Shown one piece after another: positions 50,567 through 61,586 of a DNA stretch of 64,000 nucleotides (position 1 is its first letter; each line of letters opens with the position of its first letter). The notes below the pieces were generated by a model. It was not told the origin of the DNA and searched no databases. It was given only the letters and a program-made list of their open reading frames with translations. The DNA is from an uncultured delta proteobacterium (lineage in GTDB: Bacteria > Desulfobacterota > Binatia > Binatales > Binataceae). Location of the stretch: positions 640,001 through 704,000 of the forward strand of contig CAVRVY010000003.1 in the NCBI GenBank assembly GCA_963724765.1, read 5' to 3'. The position numbers were made by a program, and so were the translations under genes.

Positions 50567-50728
50567 ATGAACATCATCCGTAAAATGGACGAGATGCGGC
50601 GCCGCGAGAAGGCCGAAGCTAAGCGCAAAGTGCGTGAGATGCGGCGCAAGCTGAGGGCCGATGCGACACAGGCCGAAGCCGCGGCTACAGGGCTTTCGGA
50701 GCTAGCCGCCCTTCTCACTCCACGCTGA
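50567..50728 (+). CDS. Small basic helical protein (53 aa)
   Basis: MNIIRKMDEMRRREKAEAKRK...; below the ORF-track cutoff. Confidence 0.4.
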   Translation: MNIIRKMDEMRRREKAEAKRKVREMRRKLRADATQAEAAATGLSELAALLTPR

Positions 50729-51056
50729 CGCGCATCCTGCCTTGTGCGGGGGCGCCCCTGACCGTCCTGTGGCTTTTCTCGTGTACCCGGATATCCACGT
50801 CACAACCCAGCAGGGTCAGAAGGCCCGTGAGCCGGTCCAGTGAGAATTTCTCCAGGTGGCCGCGCACAATCGCCGATACTTTGGGCTGGTCGATCCCGAG
50901 GATCTTCGCGGCCTGAGTTTGGGTCAGCCCGCGCCTGCCGATGATCTGTGCAAGCTCGATCGCGAGGTTCGCTTTTACGTCTAGTTCATCCGCGCCGGCG
51001 AGGCCGAGATCGCGGAAGACGTTGCCGCTGCCCACTTCATAATCAACAGATCTCAT
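50715..51056 (-). CDS. HigA-like XRE antitoxin
   Basis: GSGNVFRDLGL, LTQTQAAKILGIDQPKVS and FSLDRL. Confidence 0.88.
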   Translation of the reverse strand: MRSVDYEVGSGNVFRDLGLAGADELDVKANLAIELAQIIGRRGLTQTQAAKILGIDQPKVSAIVRGHLEKFSLDRLTGLLTLLGCDVDIRVHEKSHRTVRGAPAQGRMRVSVE

Positions 51057-51073
51057 AATACCTGACCCCTGCC

Positions 51074-51436
51074 CTAGACTCTTTGATTGTGGATTTCCCG
51101 CGCGCGCTTTAACCGCTCCTCGATCAGCGTGAGGTCGTGGCGCGGCGTGGCGTTCCCGTGCCTCGACTTCTTCTGGAAAGCGTGAAGTACGTAAACCGCC
51201 TCGGCAAATTTCACCGTATAGACCGCCCGATAGGTGTCGCCGTCGAAGTCCTCGACGATCTCTATGACGCTCGCTCCATGAAAGCCTTTCAGCGGCTTTG
51301 CGTCCTCGTGCTTTCCGCCGAACTGGGCGACCTTCAGCGCGAAGCCGATGTGCCTCTGGGCGGTTTCGGGGAAGCGCATGAGATCGTCCTTGCTGCTGCG
51401 AACCCATGTGATCGGCTTCGGCGGTTTGCCCTGCAT
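51074..51436 (-). CDS. RelE/HigB-like toxin
   Basis: KPLKGF...V.EI..D..GDTYRAVY...VYVLHAFQKKS. Confidence 0.9.
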   Translation of the reverse strand: MQGKPPKPITWVRSSKDDLMRFPETAQRHIGFALKVAQFGGKHEDAKPLKGFHGASVIEIVEDFDGDTYRAVYTVKFAEAVYVLHAFQKKSRHGNATPRHDLTLIEERLKRAREIHNQRV

Positions 51437-51487
51437 CAGCCCCTCACCTCTCTCACCCTTTCGCCGTCACCGCCCTGCACGAAAGAG

Positions 51488-51516
51488 AATTTATGCCCCT
51501 TTTGGCATTATGTCAA
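51488..51516 (-). promoter_or_regulatory. TA promoter with operator palindrome
   Basis: TTGACA-17-TAAATT; ATGCC-N6-GGCAT within the spacer. Confidence 0.7.
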
Positions 51517-51562
51517 TAGAGGTATATAGGAGGCGCATCGAGCGCGGTGCTTTGGCAATGGG

Positions 51563-51832
51563 CTACGCTTCAGGCACAAAAGTGCCTTCCGCTTCGCCCA
51601 TTGCACTAGGGGTGACCCTAGGCGTTAGCGGGCAGTCGGCTATGCGGCATGGATCATCGGGTCGCATCGCGAGCACGATCGAGCACTTCGCGCAGCGCGG
51701 CGCATCGCGCATCGCGGCGGCGAGTTGTTGCAGTTCGCGGGCATGGGCGAGGCGCGCGTCGCGGTATCGCGCCCAGGGCGTCGCCGTGGGTGATGCGTTG
51801 TTGTTGCTCATGCGGCGATGAACCTCTCGCAT
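51563..51832 (-). CDS. Small Cys-containing hypothetical protein
   Basis: CAKC...C...C; follows the long ORF co-directionally. Confidence 0.4.
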   Translation of the reverse strand: MREVHRRMSNNNASPTATPWARYRDARLAHARELQQLAAAMRDAPRCAKCSIVLAMRPDDPCRIADCPLTPRVTPSAMGEAEGTFVPEA

Positions 51833-51853
51833 CGTTAAGCGCAGGCTGCGATT

Positions 51854-54090
51854 TTATTTAGGCGAATAGTGCTTTTTGTCCGGGCGCGACGGCGACGGCA
51901 GCGCGGGTGTGGGCGACGGCAGGCTCGCGGGCGGCAAGCTATAGCCGGTACTGCCCGCGATCAACGCGGCGAGGGTGTTGATCGCCGTCACGATCTCGAT
52001 GCCCACGCTCTGCAAAGTGCTGTCGCGTGCCTCATCGCCGCCCGCCGCAGTCGCGGTCGCGGGTGCGCCGCCCATTTCCGCACGCAACATCGGCGGGAGA
52101 TTGAAGCCCGAGAGATCGGCGTTGGCGACTCGCGCGGCATCACCTGCGGGAATAGCGGCCATCTCGGATGTGGGTCCGGTGACGGAGGAGGGCGAGATCT
52201 CGCCCGCGAACCGGTTGAGCAGGTTCGCTACGTTGCGGTCGGTGCTGGGAGCGATCGCGAGACGGCGGACCATCGCGGCTTCGGTTCGCTCGATGCCGCT
52301 GAAAGTAGAGAGCGCGGATGCACCAGTAGCACTGCGGGCCATCGCGTGCTCGGCGAGGGCCTTGGTGGCGTCCGGGATGTTCCCAGGGCCGTTCGCTTCG
52401 AGCTGCGACTTGAGCTTGAGATAAGCGGAAACGTCACCGCTCTCGGCGGCGGTGAGCAGCGAGCCCGTAAGCAGCTTGTCCGATGCGTCGCCGACCGGCC
52501 AGCCATACTGCTTTTCCAGGCTCTCTAACCCGTATAGTCCTTGCGACTGTGCTTGCTGGATCTCCGGGGCGACGGTGCTCTGTAAATACATTTTCGCGTT
52601 AGGGCCGGTGAGGCCCTGGGTCAAAATGCGGTCGGCCATTGCGGCCTTGTCGAGCCCGCTCATGCGCTTGAAGCGTCGATCGGTGTTGATCGATTGGAGC
52701 AATCGCGCCGCGCCAAGTGTCGTGTAGGCCGAGCCGACGCTTTGGACACCGAGTAAATCGGCGGGCTGGTTGGCGGCGGTGATTCCGGCGACGCCGGTGG
52801 CGATCGCGCCCGCGCCTTTGAACGCAGCGATGCCGCTGGCGCCGAGCAGCGCGGCCATGCTGGTGACGGTTTCGGCCGCTTTGCGTTCGTCCGCGGTGCC
52901 TAACTGCGATTGTGTTCTTAAGTAGTCGAGCGTGGCGCGCCCGACTTCGCCTTGCAGACCTTTTTGGCCGCCGCGCTCGACGCCTTTCGCGACGATATCG
53001 ATCATGCGCTCGGGATCGATGCCCAGCTTCCCAGCGGCACCACCGATGGCAGAGATGTCCTGATTCGATAGGCCGATGTCTGTGCCCAGCCGGGTGGCGC
53101 GGTACGCCTGCGCTTCGCTTACGTTCGACGCGCCGGCTACCTCGCGCATGCCGCCGGTGACATCGAGCGCGGATTCGCGTCCATCCCAAGCGCGCTGAAT
53201 CGCGAGCCGCGGGTGAAGCTGGAAAGTGGCCCACCACTTTCACCAAATTCGCGGGCGTATCGGTAGGCGCCGGTTTCGCGACCAGCTTCTTCTTGGGAGT
53301 AGCGGCGCGCGTCGAAGATTGCCAACGGCGAGGAAATGAGTCCTTCGGCGATGTCCGGGTGTTTAGCGATCTGATATGCGCCGTAAGCGCCGGCGGCGAG
53401 TGCACCGGCGGCGAGTACCGGGCTGAGCATCGATCCGCTCGCAGCTTCAGCACCTGCACCTGCGGCACCTCCGGCGAGGTCAGTTGCGGCACCTCCGCGG
53501 CACCTGCACCTTCTGCGGCGCCTCCACTGGCGAAGCGTCCGGCGCTGAAGGCGTTGACACCGCCCACGGCGCTGCGGAACGCGCCCGCGGGATTTCCGGC
53601 GAACGTCTGCGACGCGATACCGATGAGTGAGCGCCCGGCTATGGCGAGACGCTGCGCGATATCGATACCGCGTGCGGAGCTGCCGGCATCGCGGCGGCAG
53701 CTTCACTCTTGGCGCCAGTCTCTAGGCGGCCCACCGCGGAGGTTGCGGCGAACGCGCCGGTTAGGTTGCGCGCCTGTTGCTGGAGGAGTTGATCGACGCG
53801 GCCCTTTAGGGCGCTGCGCTCGGACGTGCCGGGCAGCGTGGCTTTGAGCGCGGTGCGGAGTTGCTTGATCTCTTGAGTGAGCGCGCGCTGCGATGAGACT
53901 AATTCGCGTTGAGCGTTCATTTCGGAGCGTGCGCCGGTCCCGGTGCCGCGAACGCGGCGGGCGCGGCGGTGCGCGTGCCGCCGAGCTTGTCGCTGACGAA
54001 ACTCGACGAGGGCGAGGAAGCGGTGAGGCGCTCGCGCTGCGCGCCGCCAGCGCTCGGGCTGATTTTGACTCGGATCGATTCGTCGGCCAT
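51854..54090 (-). pseudogene. Tape-measure-like Ala/Gly-rich protein, several frameshifts
   Basis: RBS AAGGAG + MADESIRVKI start, coiled-coil segment, hydrophobic LAAGALAAGAYGAY; pieces fall in ORFs 53639..53920, 53137..53706 and 51854..53149. Confidence 0.5.
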
Positions 54091-54569
54091 CGGGTTTACT
54101 CCTTGTCGATTATCTCACAAGCCGCTGGTGGCGACCGTAAATCATCCTCGTCTAACACGAGAATGAAATCAGTCAAACCTTCCGCGTCGATTCAGATCGT
54201 CGCCCAGCAAGGCGCTGTCGTCGATGTGGTCCTGGCGATGGCGACGGTGATTGCGCGCGAGCTGGTGCGCGCGGTGATCGAGGCCGCACGAGGGGCAGCG
54301 CGATGAGATGAGGGGCGCATGTCCGCAGCGCCGACAGCGGTGCAGCGGGTTATTGGTTTTAAGCACCAACGTTTTGGCTGTCGGGCCACTGTGGAACTGC
54401 GCCGAGTCAGTCCACTGCGTCCATATTTATCCGTGCCCGGCGACCGCGGCGAACGCGGCGGCGAGGACGATGACGATGATCCCGAACTAGAACTAGATCG
54501 ATTACTCATTGCGATGATGATCCTCAGATATAAGTATACTTAGATTTACGGGTGTATTCGCAGGTTTAT

Positions 54570-54956
54570 TCAGTGATGCTTCGCATCACTGTAATAGAGG
54601 CCGCTCGGAGTTTTGCGCGTTTTCGGGGCTCGCTCGGAGTTTCGCGAGTTTTGAGGGGCGCATGGAGTTTTGCGGGCGCGTGCTTCGGCGTGCGCCCGGC
54701 GCCAGCACCCGACCGCCCAGGTTTGCGCCAAGTCGATCAGCGTGGCCAACGGGGTGGCGGCGCGCTGGCCACCACGAATCTCCAGGGAGAAAATTTCCCA
54801 TTCGTGCACACCGGCTTCGGCGGCGCGCCATGCGGCGCGGGCGTCGCGGAGGCCGATCAGCAAGTCGGCGATGTCGCGGTAATGGTCATCGTCAAAAATG
54901 AATTCAAATTTGGCCATAACGTTTAACCTCCGCCGCTCTGAGTAGGCGGTGCTCAC
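54570..54956 (-). CDS. Hypothetical protein
   Basis: Overlaps the stop of the upstream gene. Confidence 0.45.
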   Translation of the reverse strand: MSTAYSERRRLNVMAKFEFIFDDDHYRDIADLLIGLRDARAAWRAAEAGVHEWEIFSLEIRGGQRAATPLATLIDLAQTWAVGCWRRAHAEARARKTPCAPQNSRNSERAPKTRKTPSGLYYSDAKHH

Positions 54957-55315
54957 TGCGCTTCACCGGTCTTGGAGTCGATATTCACGATCTCACCTTC
55001 GGGCGTGATCATGTCGCCCGCGATCGCGACGTTGCGCTCGACGCCGCGCCGCCTCAAAGATGCGAAGTAGGCACTAGCCACGCGCGTCGCGTTTTCGCCT
55101 ACGAGTAAGGCGGCTAGGTGGCGGCAATCATCATCGTCGATTACGAACGCCAGCGTCACGTCGTTCTGCTTGGCGACGATGCGCGTGTAACCGGTCATGC
55201 CGCTGCGCTCGACGCGGATCGAGTGGATGTTGGTGGGGAACTTTACGATGCCATCCTCGATGTGCTTTGCCTTGACTGCATGGGGGTAAGGTTCGATGGC
55301 GTCTTTCAGTGGCAT
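54953..55315 (-). CDS. Hypothetical protein
   Basis: RBS GAGGAG; protein-like composition. Confidence 0.55.
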   Translation of the reverse strand: MPLKDAIEPYPHAVKAKHIEDGIVKFPTNIHSIRVERSGMTGYTRIVAKQNDVTLAFVIDDDDCRHLAALLVGENATRVASAYFASLRRRGVERNVAIAGDMITPEGEIVNIDSKTGEAQ

Positions 55316-55606
55316 AAAAAATCTCCTCGGCGTGTGGAACCACGCACGCGATACGTGGAAACAATTGGCGCAGTTGCAATCGACCGTTCAGCGCGTCGCC
55401 GAACTCGAAGGGCGAGTGACCGAGCTGGAGACCCGTCTGAGGCGTTGCCCCGGCGTAGGCTGCCCAGCCTGCGGCGCGCTTGAGTGGCGCGCAGTGCGCG
55501 AAGAGTAGGGCGGGTTCTTGTACCTGGAATGACGAACGTCGGCGAGAGAGTCCGTCACATGAAATGCCGCGAATGCACCTACGAGGGTGAACTGCCCGTG
55601 CGCTAG
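55296..55606 (+). pseudogene. Coiled-coil + zinc-ribbon protein, frameshifted
   Basis: CPACG in ORF 55296..55508; a second CREC pair lies in another frame ending at 55606. Confidence 0.45.
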
Positions 55607-55710
55607 AAACAACCGTGCGCCCCGCGCACGCGCTCCTTATTAGTCGGGGTTGATCGTCCGCCAGCATTTGACCCACTCCAACCCTCTCTCTCCCAACTAC
55701 TTCATACACA

Positions 55711-56028
55711 CGATTCTGGCGGTCCTTCTCTCCCAATAGCCGCCAGAATTGATCGCGACTATCTCCTTGTGTGCGTATGGGCGCCGGAATCGCGATTCTG
55801 GCGGTCCTTGTAGCGCAACAAACGTCAAAATCGAGTGATTGATGGCGTCGAATAGGCCGCCAGAATCGCCCTCTCGCCAAGTCCTTCTCGTACAGGCGTT
55901 GTTGATGCGTCGTTTCCTGCGGCTTAACGGCCCCAATAGCCGCCAGAATCGGCATTGTCAGGCGCCTTCTCCGCGTTGGGTTTTCCGCATGTGAAATGCT
56001 GGCGGAGGATTCTGAGATATATATAGAA
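55711..56028. repeat. Iteron cluster; putative replication origin
   Basis: ATTCTGGCGG at 55713 and 55795 (+) and at 55740, 55857 and 55940 (-), two degenerate copies, then an (AT)n tract at 56014-56028; directly downstream of the replicase. Confidence 0.75.
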
Positions 56029-56059
56029 GCGGCGGTTTCGCGCGTCATTTCGCAGCCCA

Positions 56060-57181
56060 TCAGGGTGCGACACCGGCCCCGTCGCCGCTGGCGTCGGGCA
56101 GCGGCAACAGGACGATAGGATCGCCCTTTCGGCCGCTTCCCGCTTGCAGCCAATGAACCCCCAGGTTCTTGTCGAGGAGGTCGCGCGCCATGTCGCGCGG
56201 GATACCGGCGTTGACCAGAGCCAACTCGGCCTCTTCGCGCTTGCGGGCGGGCGACGATGCTGGCGTCATTGGCGATGATTCGCTTAAGTTCGCAGATCGC
56301 GACGGCGATAGCTTCCTGATTCGCCTCGACCGCCTCACCGCGGATGCGCGTCAGATCGGCTTCGATCTCGCCGGTTACGTCGCGACAGGACCACGGCGCT
56401 TCATCAGGGAGCTTTATCTCGACGCACCACGGATCGGGCTCAGGGCCTGCGTTCTTCGCCACTTTGATGGGATGAAGGCTAGGCGGTAGGTAGTACGCTT
56501 GCCGCGGCGCTTGGCGTTGCTCGCCCACTCTCGATCGTTCGCATCGGGCAGCGCGTCCCACCAGGATTCATACTTTGAATCGAGCCGCAAGTCGGTGGCG
56601 TCTCGCATTTCATAGACCCCGTCGAGGCGATCGACGATGACCCCGGAGCCCCGGATCGCCTCGCCGTCGCGACGGGTATTGAACAGCACGAGAATCCCGG
56701 GCCCCTTGCGTCCGAGATCCAACAGCGAGGCCAGGGCGGGCGCCATGTCCTCGGCCTGCCTCTCGTCGCTGCTCTCCGTCGAACTTCCGAAGGCGTCGAG
56801 GAAGACCGCCGCGTAGTTCTTGAATGGGAAATCCGCCCAGGCGCGTTGATCGGTGAGCGGCGGTGCTTTGTCGCGAGTCAGGATGTTGAGCCAGGGTGCG
56901 TCTGCCCCGGCCCATTGGCGCAACCGGCGCCGCGTCTCGGTGGGCGGGTTGTCGCGGTCCACTAGCATCACATGCTGCTGCGTCACCACTTCACCACGAA
57001 AAATTGCGCCCGTGGCGAGTTGAACAGCCAGGTGATGAATAAGGTGGCTTTTCCCCAGGCCGCGGGGCGACGCGATGCCGATGACGGCGTGGGGCGCGAG
57101 CAGGTTGCGCGCCATCCACTCGGGCTCGTTGTCGATCTGCTGTAGGAATAGCGGCGCTGAGATGACTTCGGCCCAACTCAT
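56060..57181 (-). CDS. AAA_25/RepA-like helicase-type replication protein (frameshift near 56420)
   Basis: Walker A SPRGLGKS, Walker B VFLD, IRGSG; C-terminal wHTH-like part in ORF 56060..56338. Confidence 0.7.
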
Positions 57182-57420
57182 TCGGTCACCTCGCGCTTAG
57201 GCGCGCCGGCCAGCGAATCGGCTACGGCGGGACTTTCGAGGATCATCGCCGCGAATTTTCTGAGGCGTCTCGCAAGATCGGCAGGATCGCGCGTCTCGAA
57301 CTCGAAGCTCGCACCGATGAGGCTAGGGTCCGGGTGAAAGTGGATCGCGAAAAAGTGCTCGCCGGGCTTGGGCCTCAAGCATGCGACTAGGAAACGGTGC
57401 TTCGTCGGCCGGTCGCTCAT
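57178..57420 (-). CDS. Hypothetical protein
   Basis: ATGA coupling on both sides. Confidence 0.6.
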   Translation of the reverse strand: MSDRPTKHRFLVACLRPKPGEHFFAIHFHPDPSLIGASFEFETRDPADLARRLRKFAAMILESPAVADSLAGAPKREVTE

Positions 57421-57662
57421 CGCTCTGCTCCGGCGCGCACTTCCATCACCCAGTCCGAGGTCAAACGCGTAAATTCCTCGACGCTATAAATCGCGTTCGT
57501 GCGTGTATCGACGATGCACTCCGGGTGCCTCACGTAGACGAAGCATGTATTCATTCGATGCAAGAGGGATTCGAGAGTGGGTAAGCCAGGTAGGGCATCT
57601 CTGTATAGATCGCTAAAGTCAGGACGCGCGATTTCTCGGGGCGCTAGTGATAGTCGTGACAT
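57417..57662 (-). CDS. Hypothetical protein
   Basis: Translationally coupled within the replication operon. Confidence 0.55.
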   Translation of the reverse strand: MSRLSLAPREIARPDFSDLYRDALPGLPTLESLLHRMNTCFVYVRHPECIVDTRTNAIYSVEEFTRLTSDWVMEVRAGAER

Positions 57663-58192
57663 CAGAACGCCCTGATGCGCGCCGGGCGCTGCTGACGCAC
57701 GCAAGTGTCGCATTCACACTCGCGCCACATGCCCCGGCGTGCATGCTCGGCGTCCGCCGCGAATTGAGGATTGCGATGGCAGTAGTCGAGGACCGCTTTC
57801 GCGACTTCCAGCGATGGCCGCAACTCGTAGGACTGAAACGGCTTGTGATAGGGGTGGCCGCAGTGCGCGATCCGCGGGCCGAAGAGGCTACCGCCGTGAT
57901 GGTGAATTTTTCGGCAGTAGGGACAGCGCAGGATCAACTCGTGATCAGACCACGCGATGACCGGCGTCCGAAAGGGTTTAGGCCACGCGATCACGATCGG
58001 AAGTCGTTCATCGTCCGCGTCGCTGGAATCGAGATTGGCAGCGTCGGGCCGGCCGTTCGGTGCGGTCGCCTCAGCCTCAGCGGGGGGTATTTGTCCGTTT
58101 CGTGCTTGTGTTAGAGTCTGCATTACATCTCCGTGGTGGTGATGGCGATTGCCTCGATTTCGTTGGAGCGGGTCGAGGCTTTCGCGTTTCAA
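57662..58192 (-). CDS. Zn-binding hypothetical protein
   Basis: CPYCRKIHHHG..R.AHC and CECDTC. Confidence 0.55.
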   Translation of the reverse strand: MKRESLDPLQRNRGNRHHHHGDVMQTLTQARNGQIPPAEAEATAPNGRPDAANLDSSDADDERLPIVIAWPKPFRTPVIAWSDHELILRCPYCRKIHHHGGSLFGPRIAHCGHPYHKPFQSYELRPSLEVAKAVLDYCHRNPQFAADAEHARRGMWRECECDTCVRQQRPARIRAF

Positions 58193-58194
58193 AG

Positions 58195-58395
58195 CTAGGC
58201 CGCGTGCTGCGGCTCTTGTTGGGGATCGATCGTGTGCGCGAGCTGGAACCTCTCCAGCGCAGCGCGACGGTAGACAACCCGCTTCCCAAGCTTCACGTAA
58301 CTCGGACCGCGGCCTTCCATACGCCAGACCGCCAACGTGCCGGGGCGCAGACCCAGGAAAACCGCAGCTTGTTTCGTATCTAGGATCTCTCCCAT
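58195..58395 (-). CDS. AlpA/excisionase-like HTH regulator
   Basis: LDTKQAA.FLG....TL..WR..G.GP.YVKLGKRVVY. Confidence 0.88.
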   Translation of the reverse strand: MGEILDTKQAAVFLGLRPGTLAVWRMEGRGPSYVKLGKRVVYRRAALERFQLAHTIDPQQEPQHAA

Positions 58396-58477
58396 CTGAT
58401 GCTCCTTCTCGATGTTGCTGATCGCGCGTGTACTGCCCATTTCACTACCTCTCATGCTACATTGTAGTTGGTAGACA

Positions 58478-59431
58478 ATGATGACTAACCATCCCGAATC
58501 GACCCGGACTACCAGCTTGAAGGAATTAAAAAACGACGAAGCTGGTAGTTCTCCGAGCCGGCAGCCGGGCCGAAGGACGCCACGCCCCGCGATAGTTTCA
58601 TGGCCGACAGTCTGCTGCGCGCTGGAACGCTACGATCCGGATGCGTTTGAACGGCTGGCTTCGGCGACGGGCGCATCTTTGTCGCCGCTCAATCGGATCG
58701 TCTACGTTACCCTTCACTGGCCCGACGGGTTCGGCGGCCCCTTTAGCCAGTCGCTTATCCGCAAGCTCGCCCGCGAGAGAAACGAACGCCTAACCGGCGA
58801 CGCGCTTACTACGCTTACGGGAGCACAGCGCCGCAACCGGCTGGCAGCGCTCAAGGCTTTCATCGAAGCCGCAAACTGGATCGGGCGCGATGGGCTACCG
58901 TCGTTTGAGGGCGATTATCTTAAAGTCAAAAGTGAACTGAGCGAGCGGCGAATCCGCTGGCCCGCTTCCGGTGCCGAGGAGTCTGAACGCATGCACTTTT
59001 ACGAGAGCTTCGCGCGAAGCGCCGGATTCGCGGATATGCTCAAAGCTTCCAAGGCGCGGGCGGAAAAGCCCGACGCCGAACCGCTGCGTCCGGCCCTGGC
59101 GCATTTCATCGAAAGCGACAGGCCCGACGCCTGGCGGCTCTATAGCTTACTGCGCAGGATTGGCCTGACTATCCACACAGCCGCTCACGAACATCGCGTC
59201 GCACAAGACGAGGACGACGAAGCGCCGTGCGGGTGGCCGGGAGACACGTGGATCGAGCGAGCTTATGCGACACTGCGAATGATCCTTGAGGACTTGGACG
59301 ATGGTGGCCTCCAGCGCATGCGAGTGTGCCGGAATCCACGTTGCCGTCGCTACTTTTATGCGCTAAAGAAGCACCAGCTGTCATGCTCTACTAAATGCAC
59401 CAACCGCCGTAATCACAAGAGATCGTCATAG
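58478..59431 (+). CDS. CGNR-type zinc-finger regulator
   Basis: C-terminal RVCRNPRCRRYF....CSTKC.NR; divergent from AlpA. Confidence 0.7.
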   Translation: MMTNHPESTRTTSLKELKNDEAGSSPSRQPGRRTPRPAIVSWPTVCCALERYDPDAFERLASATGASLSPLNRIVYVTLHWPDGFGGPFSQSLIRKLARERNERLTGDALTTLTGAQRRNRLAALKAFIEAANWIGRDGLPSFEGDYLKVKSELSERRIRWPASGAEESERMHFYESFARSAGFADMLKASKARAEKPDAEPLRPALAHFIESDRPDAWRLYSLLRRIGLTIHTAAHEHRVAQDEDDEAPCGWPGDTWIERAYATLRMILEDLDDGGLQRMRVCRNPRCRRYFYALKKHQLSCSTKCTNRRNHKRSS

Positions 59432-59501
59432 CGAGCGGCGCGCTGCGCGATGGGAAAAACCCCAGAACGCCAGGCCGGTGACAGCGGCCGAGGGGATAAG
59501 A

Positions 59502-61321
59502 ATGGTGCTGCGCAGGAGATGGAATGCACTTGTTGCGGCGGTTCTCCTCTTCGAGATAATAGCGACTGCCGTCAGTGCTGAGGCCGCGTGTTGGGCTTCA
59601 AATCCGACAGGTGAGAGAACCTGCCGTAACTTCTACAGTGAGCACGGCCCCACCGCTGTTAGGTTATGCGAGGACCAGCCGGACGACTGCCTAAAGCTCG
59701 GCTACACCTTAGCTGCGCGGCCGACACGCCACACAACGGCACACGCGCACCATAGGCGCGTTCTTGACAGCGACAAGCCTGCAAAGGTGGCACCTGAGCC
59801 CGGCGTGGAAGCCAGTTCTCGGGCCACCGCAGAACCACAAGAGACGCCTTCAGGTTTCGGGTTCTTTCTCTTCCTCGGGGTCGCCACCATCGTCGCGCTT
59901 CCGATCAGTGTCTTCGTTTGGTGGGGGAATAGGTCAAGGGAGATCGCAGTTAACCTGATCAGCCATAACGCTGCCAAGCTGGCAGTGGCGCGCAACGAGG
60001 AACTGTATGGCCTCTGGTCCGACACGATCCCTGACGAGGACGAACTTGAGAAGCGGCGTGACGCTTATCCCGGGCAAGAGCCGAGCCTGAGCCGTTCGTT
60101 CCAGATCGACTTTACTGAGCTGGCTGAACTCCCAGAGAGCATCAAGCTCAACATGGATTACTCCAGGCCGGCGGTTGACGGACCAACTGGGCAGGAGAGC
60201 TGGAGCGAGCGGAAGATGGGCTTCCTGCTCTACGAATTGTCGCCGTCGTTACCCGGTCCAAAATGGCTCTCTCTCAAAATTGATGGTTTGTCAGGAGTGA
60301 TCGACCGCGAGGCCGACGCCTACCTCGCCCGCAAACATTCCGAATTCCATCCAGTCGTGTTTCTGAATGCGATCCATGCCGCGACGAGCTTTCAACTGGC
60401 CTGCGAGATGAGCAGGTGGTTCATCCGACGGCACGCGCGCAACCTCGCCATCCGCCGTTCACAGCTCATCAGTAAAGACATTTATGGTGTCGTCGATAGT
60501 ACAAAGTGGCAACGCGAAAAAGCGTACTTCTTCTCCAAAGTCAATGCTGCCCGACTTAGGCTTCGTGGATAAGCCAAACGATGAGCCGAGCTGGGAATCC
60601 AAGGTTGCGCTGGAGGAAGCCTGGGCGGACGACAACATGCCGATCGATTCGTGGGTTGACCTTGAGTACAAGGATTCCGATCGGTTGTCGAATCTGCTTA
60701 ATGAAGTTTTGCGACAGACGAGCGATAAGCAAGTGCATTACGGTTGGAGCGATTTATTCCCGTTTCAGTGTCGCCGCCTACTGATTACGGAGATGGTGTT
60801 GCCTCGGTTAAGCGATCTCGTATCGGATTGGATTGAAGCGGCAGTTGCTGCTTTGGCCCTACCTGTTGACGGCGAAGAACCCTCGATTGAAGGGGCTTCC
60901 GGGTCTGAGTATGAAGAGCACTGCGCCGAGATCCTACGCACTGCCGGATGGGAAACGAGAAGTACGCCCAAGTCCGGCGATCAGGGAGTGGACATAATCG
61001 CTGAACGCGACGGCATCCGCATCGCGATCCAATGCAAGAACTACAAGCAGCCCGTGGGCAACAAGGCCGTGCAGGAGGTCTTGGCGGGCAAAGTCCTACG
61101 AGCACACGGATCTGGCCGTTGTAGTCAGCCCTGCGCCTTACACTCCGGCAGCGAGAGAGCTGGCATCAGCAACCGGCGTGCTGCTGCTGCACCACCAGGA
61201 ATTATCCGGTCTCGCCACACGCATCCAGAACGACCCGCCAGCAACAACGGAAAGTAGGGATTCGGACGTGCGGCGCGGCAGGATAGTGCGGATCAGTCAG
61301 TTCAAAAAGAATCGATCCTAA
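59502..61321 (+). pseudogene. Membrane-anchored Mrr-like (Mrr_cat) endonuclease, two frameshifts
   Basis: Signal peptide and TM; EYEE, GDQGVDI, IQCK and AVQEV; the tail AVVVSPAPYTPAARELA..GVLL is in a shifted frame. Confidence 0.65.
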
Positions 61322-61355
61322 CTGATCAGTAAAGCGCCGGAAGGAGAAAGTGTCG

Positions 61356-61514
61356 ATGGATTCAGCCGTAATCGTACTCGTTATCGCGATTGTCGTCTTT
61401 CTCATATTCCGCGAAGTGTGGTGCTGGTATTGGAAAATGAACGAAGCGATCAAATTGCTCCAAAGCATCGATGAGTCTTTGAAGCAACTTCCGGCCGTCG
61501 CACGAAACAGGTGA
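61356..61514 (+). CDS. Small membrane protein (52 aa)
   Basis: RBS AAGGAG; TM helix followed by FREVWCWYWKMN. Confidence 0.65.
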   Translation: MDSAVIVLVIAIVVFLIFREVWCWYWKMNEAIKLLQSIDESLKQLPAVARNR

Positions 61515-61586
61515 AGCGCGGCTTGAGGGATGTTCTGCAAAATCTGGCGCTGAATACCGTGTCACTGGCTCGACATGAACGAGTGA

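Noticed and set aside
53450-53525. gcacct/gcggcacct short repeats
   Set aside because: Explained by Gly/Ala low-complexity coding in the tape-measure-like gene.
55711-55950. CRISPR array
   Set aside because: Repeats are 10-18 bp, in mixed orientation and irregularly spaced; no cas genes in the window.
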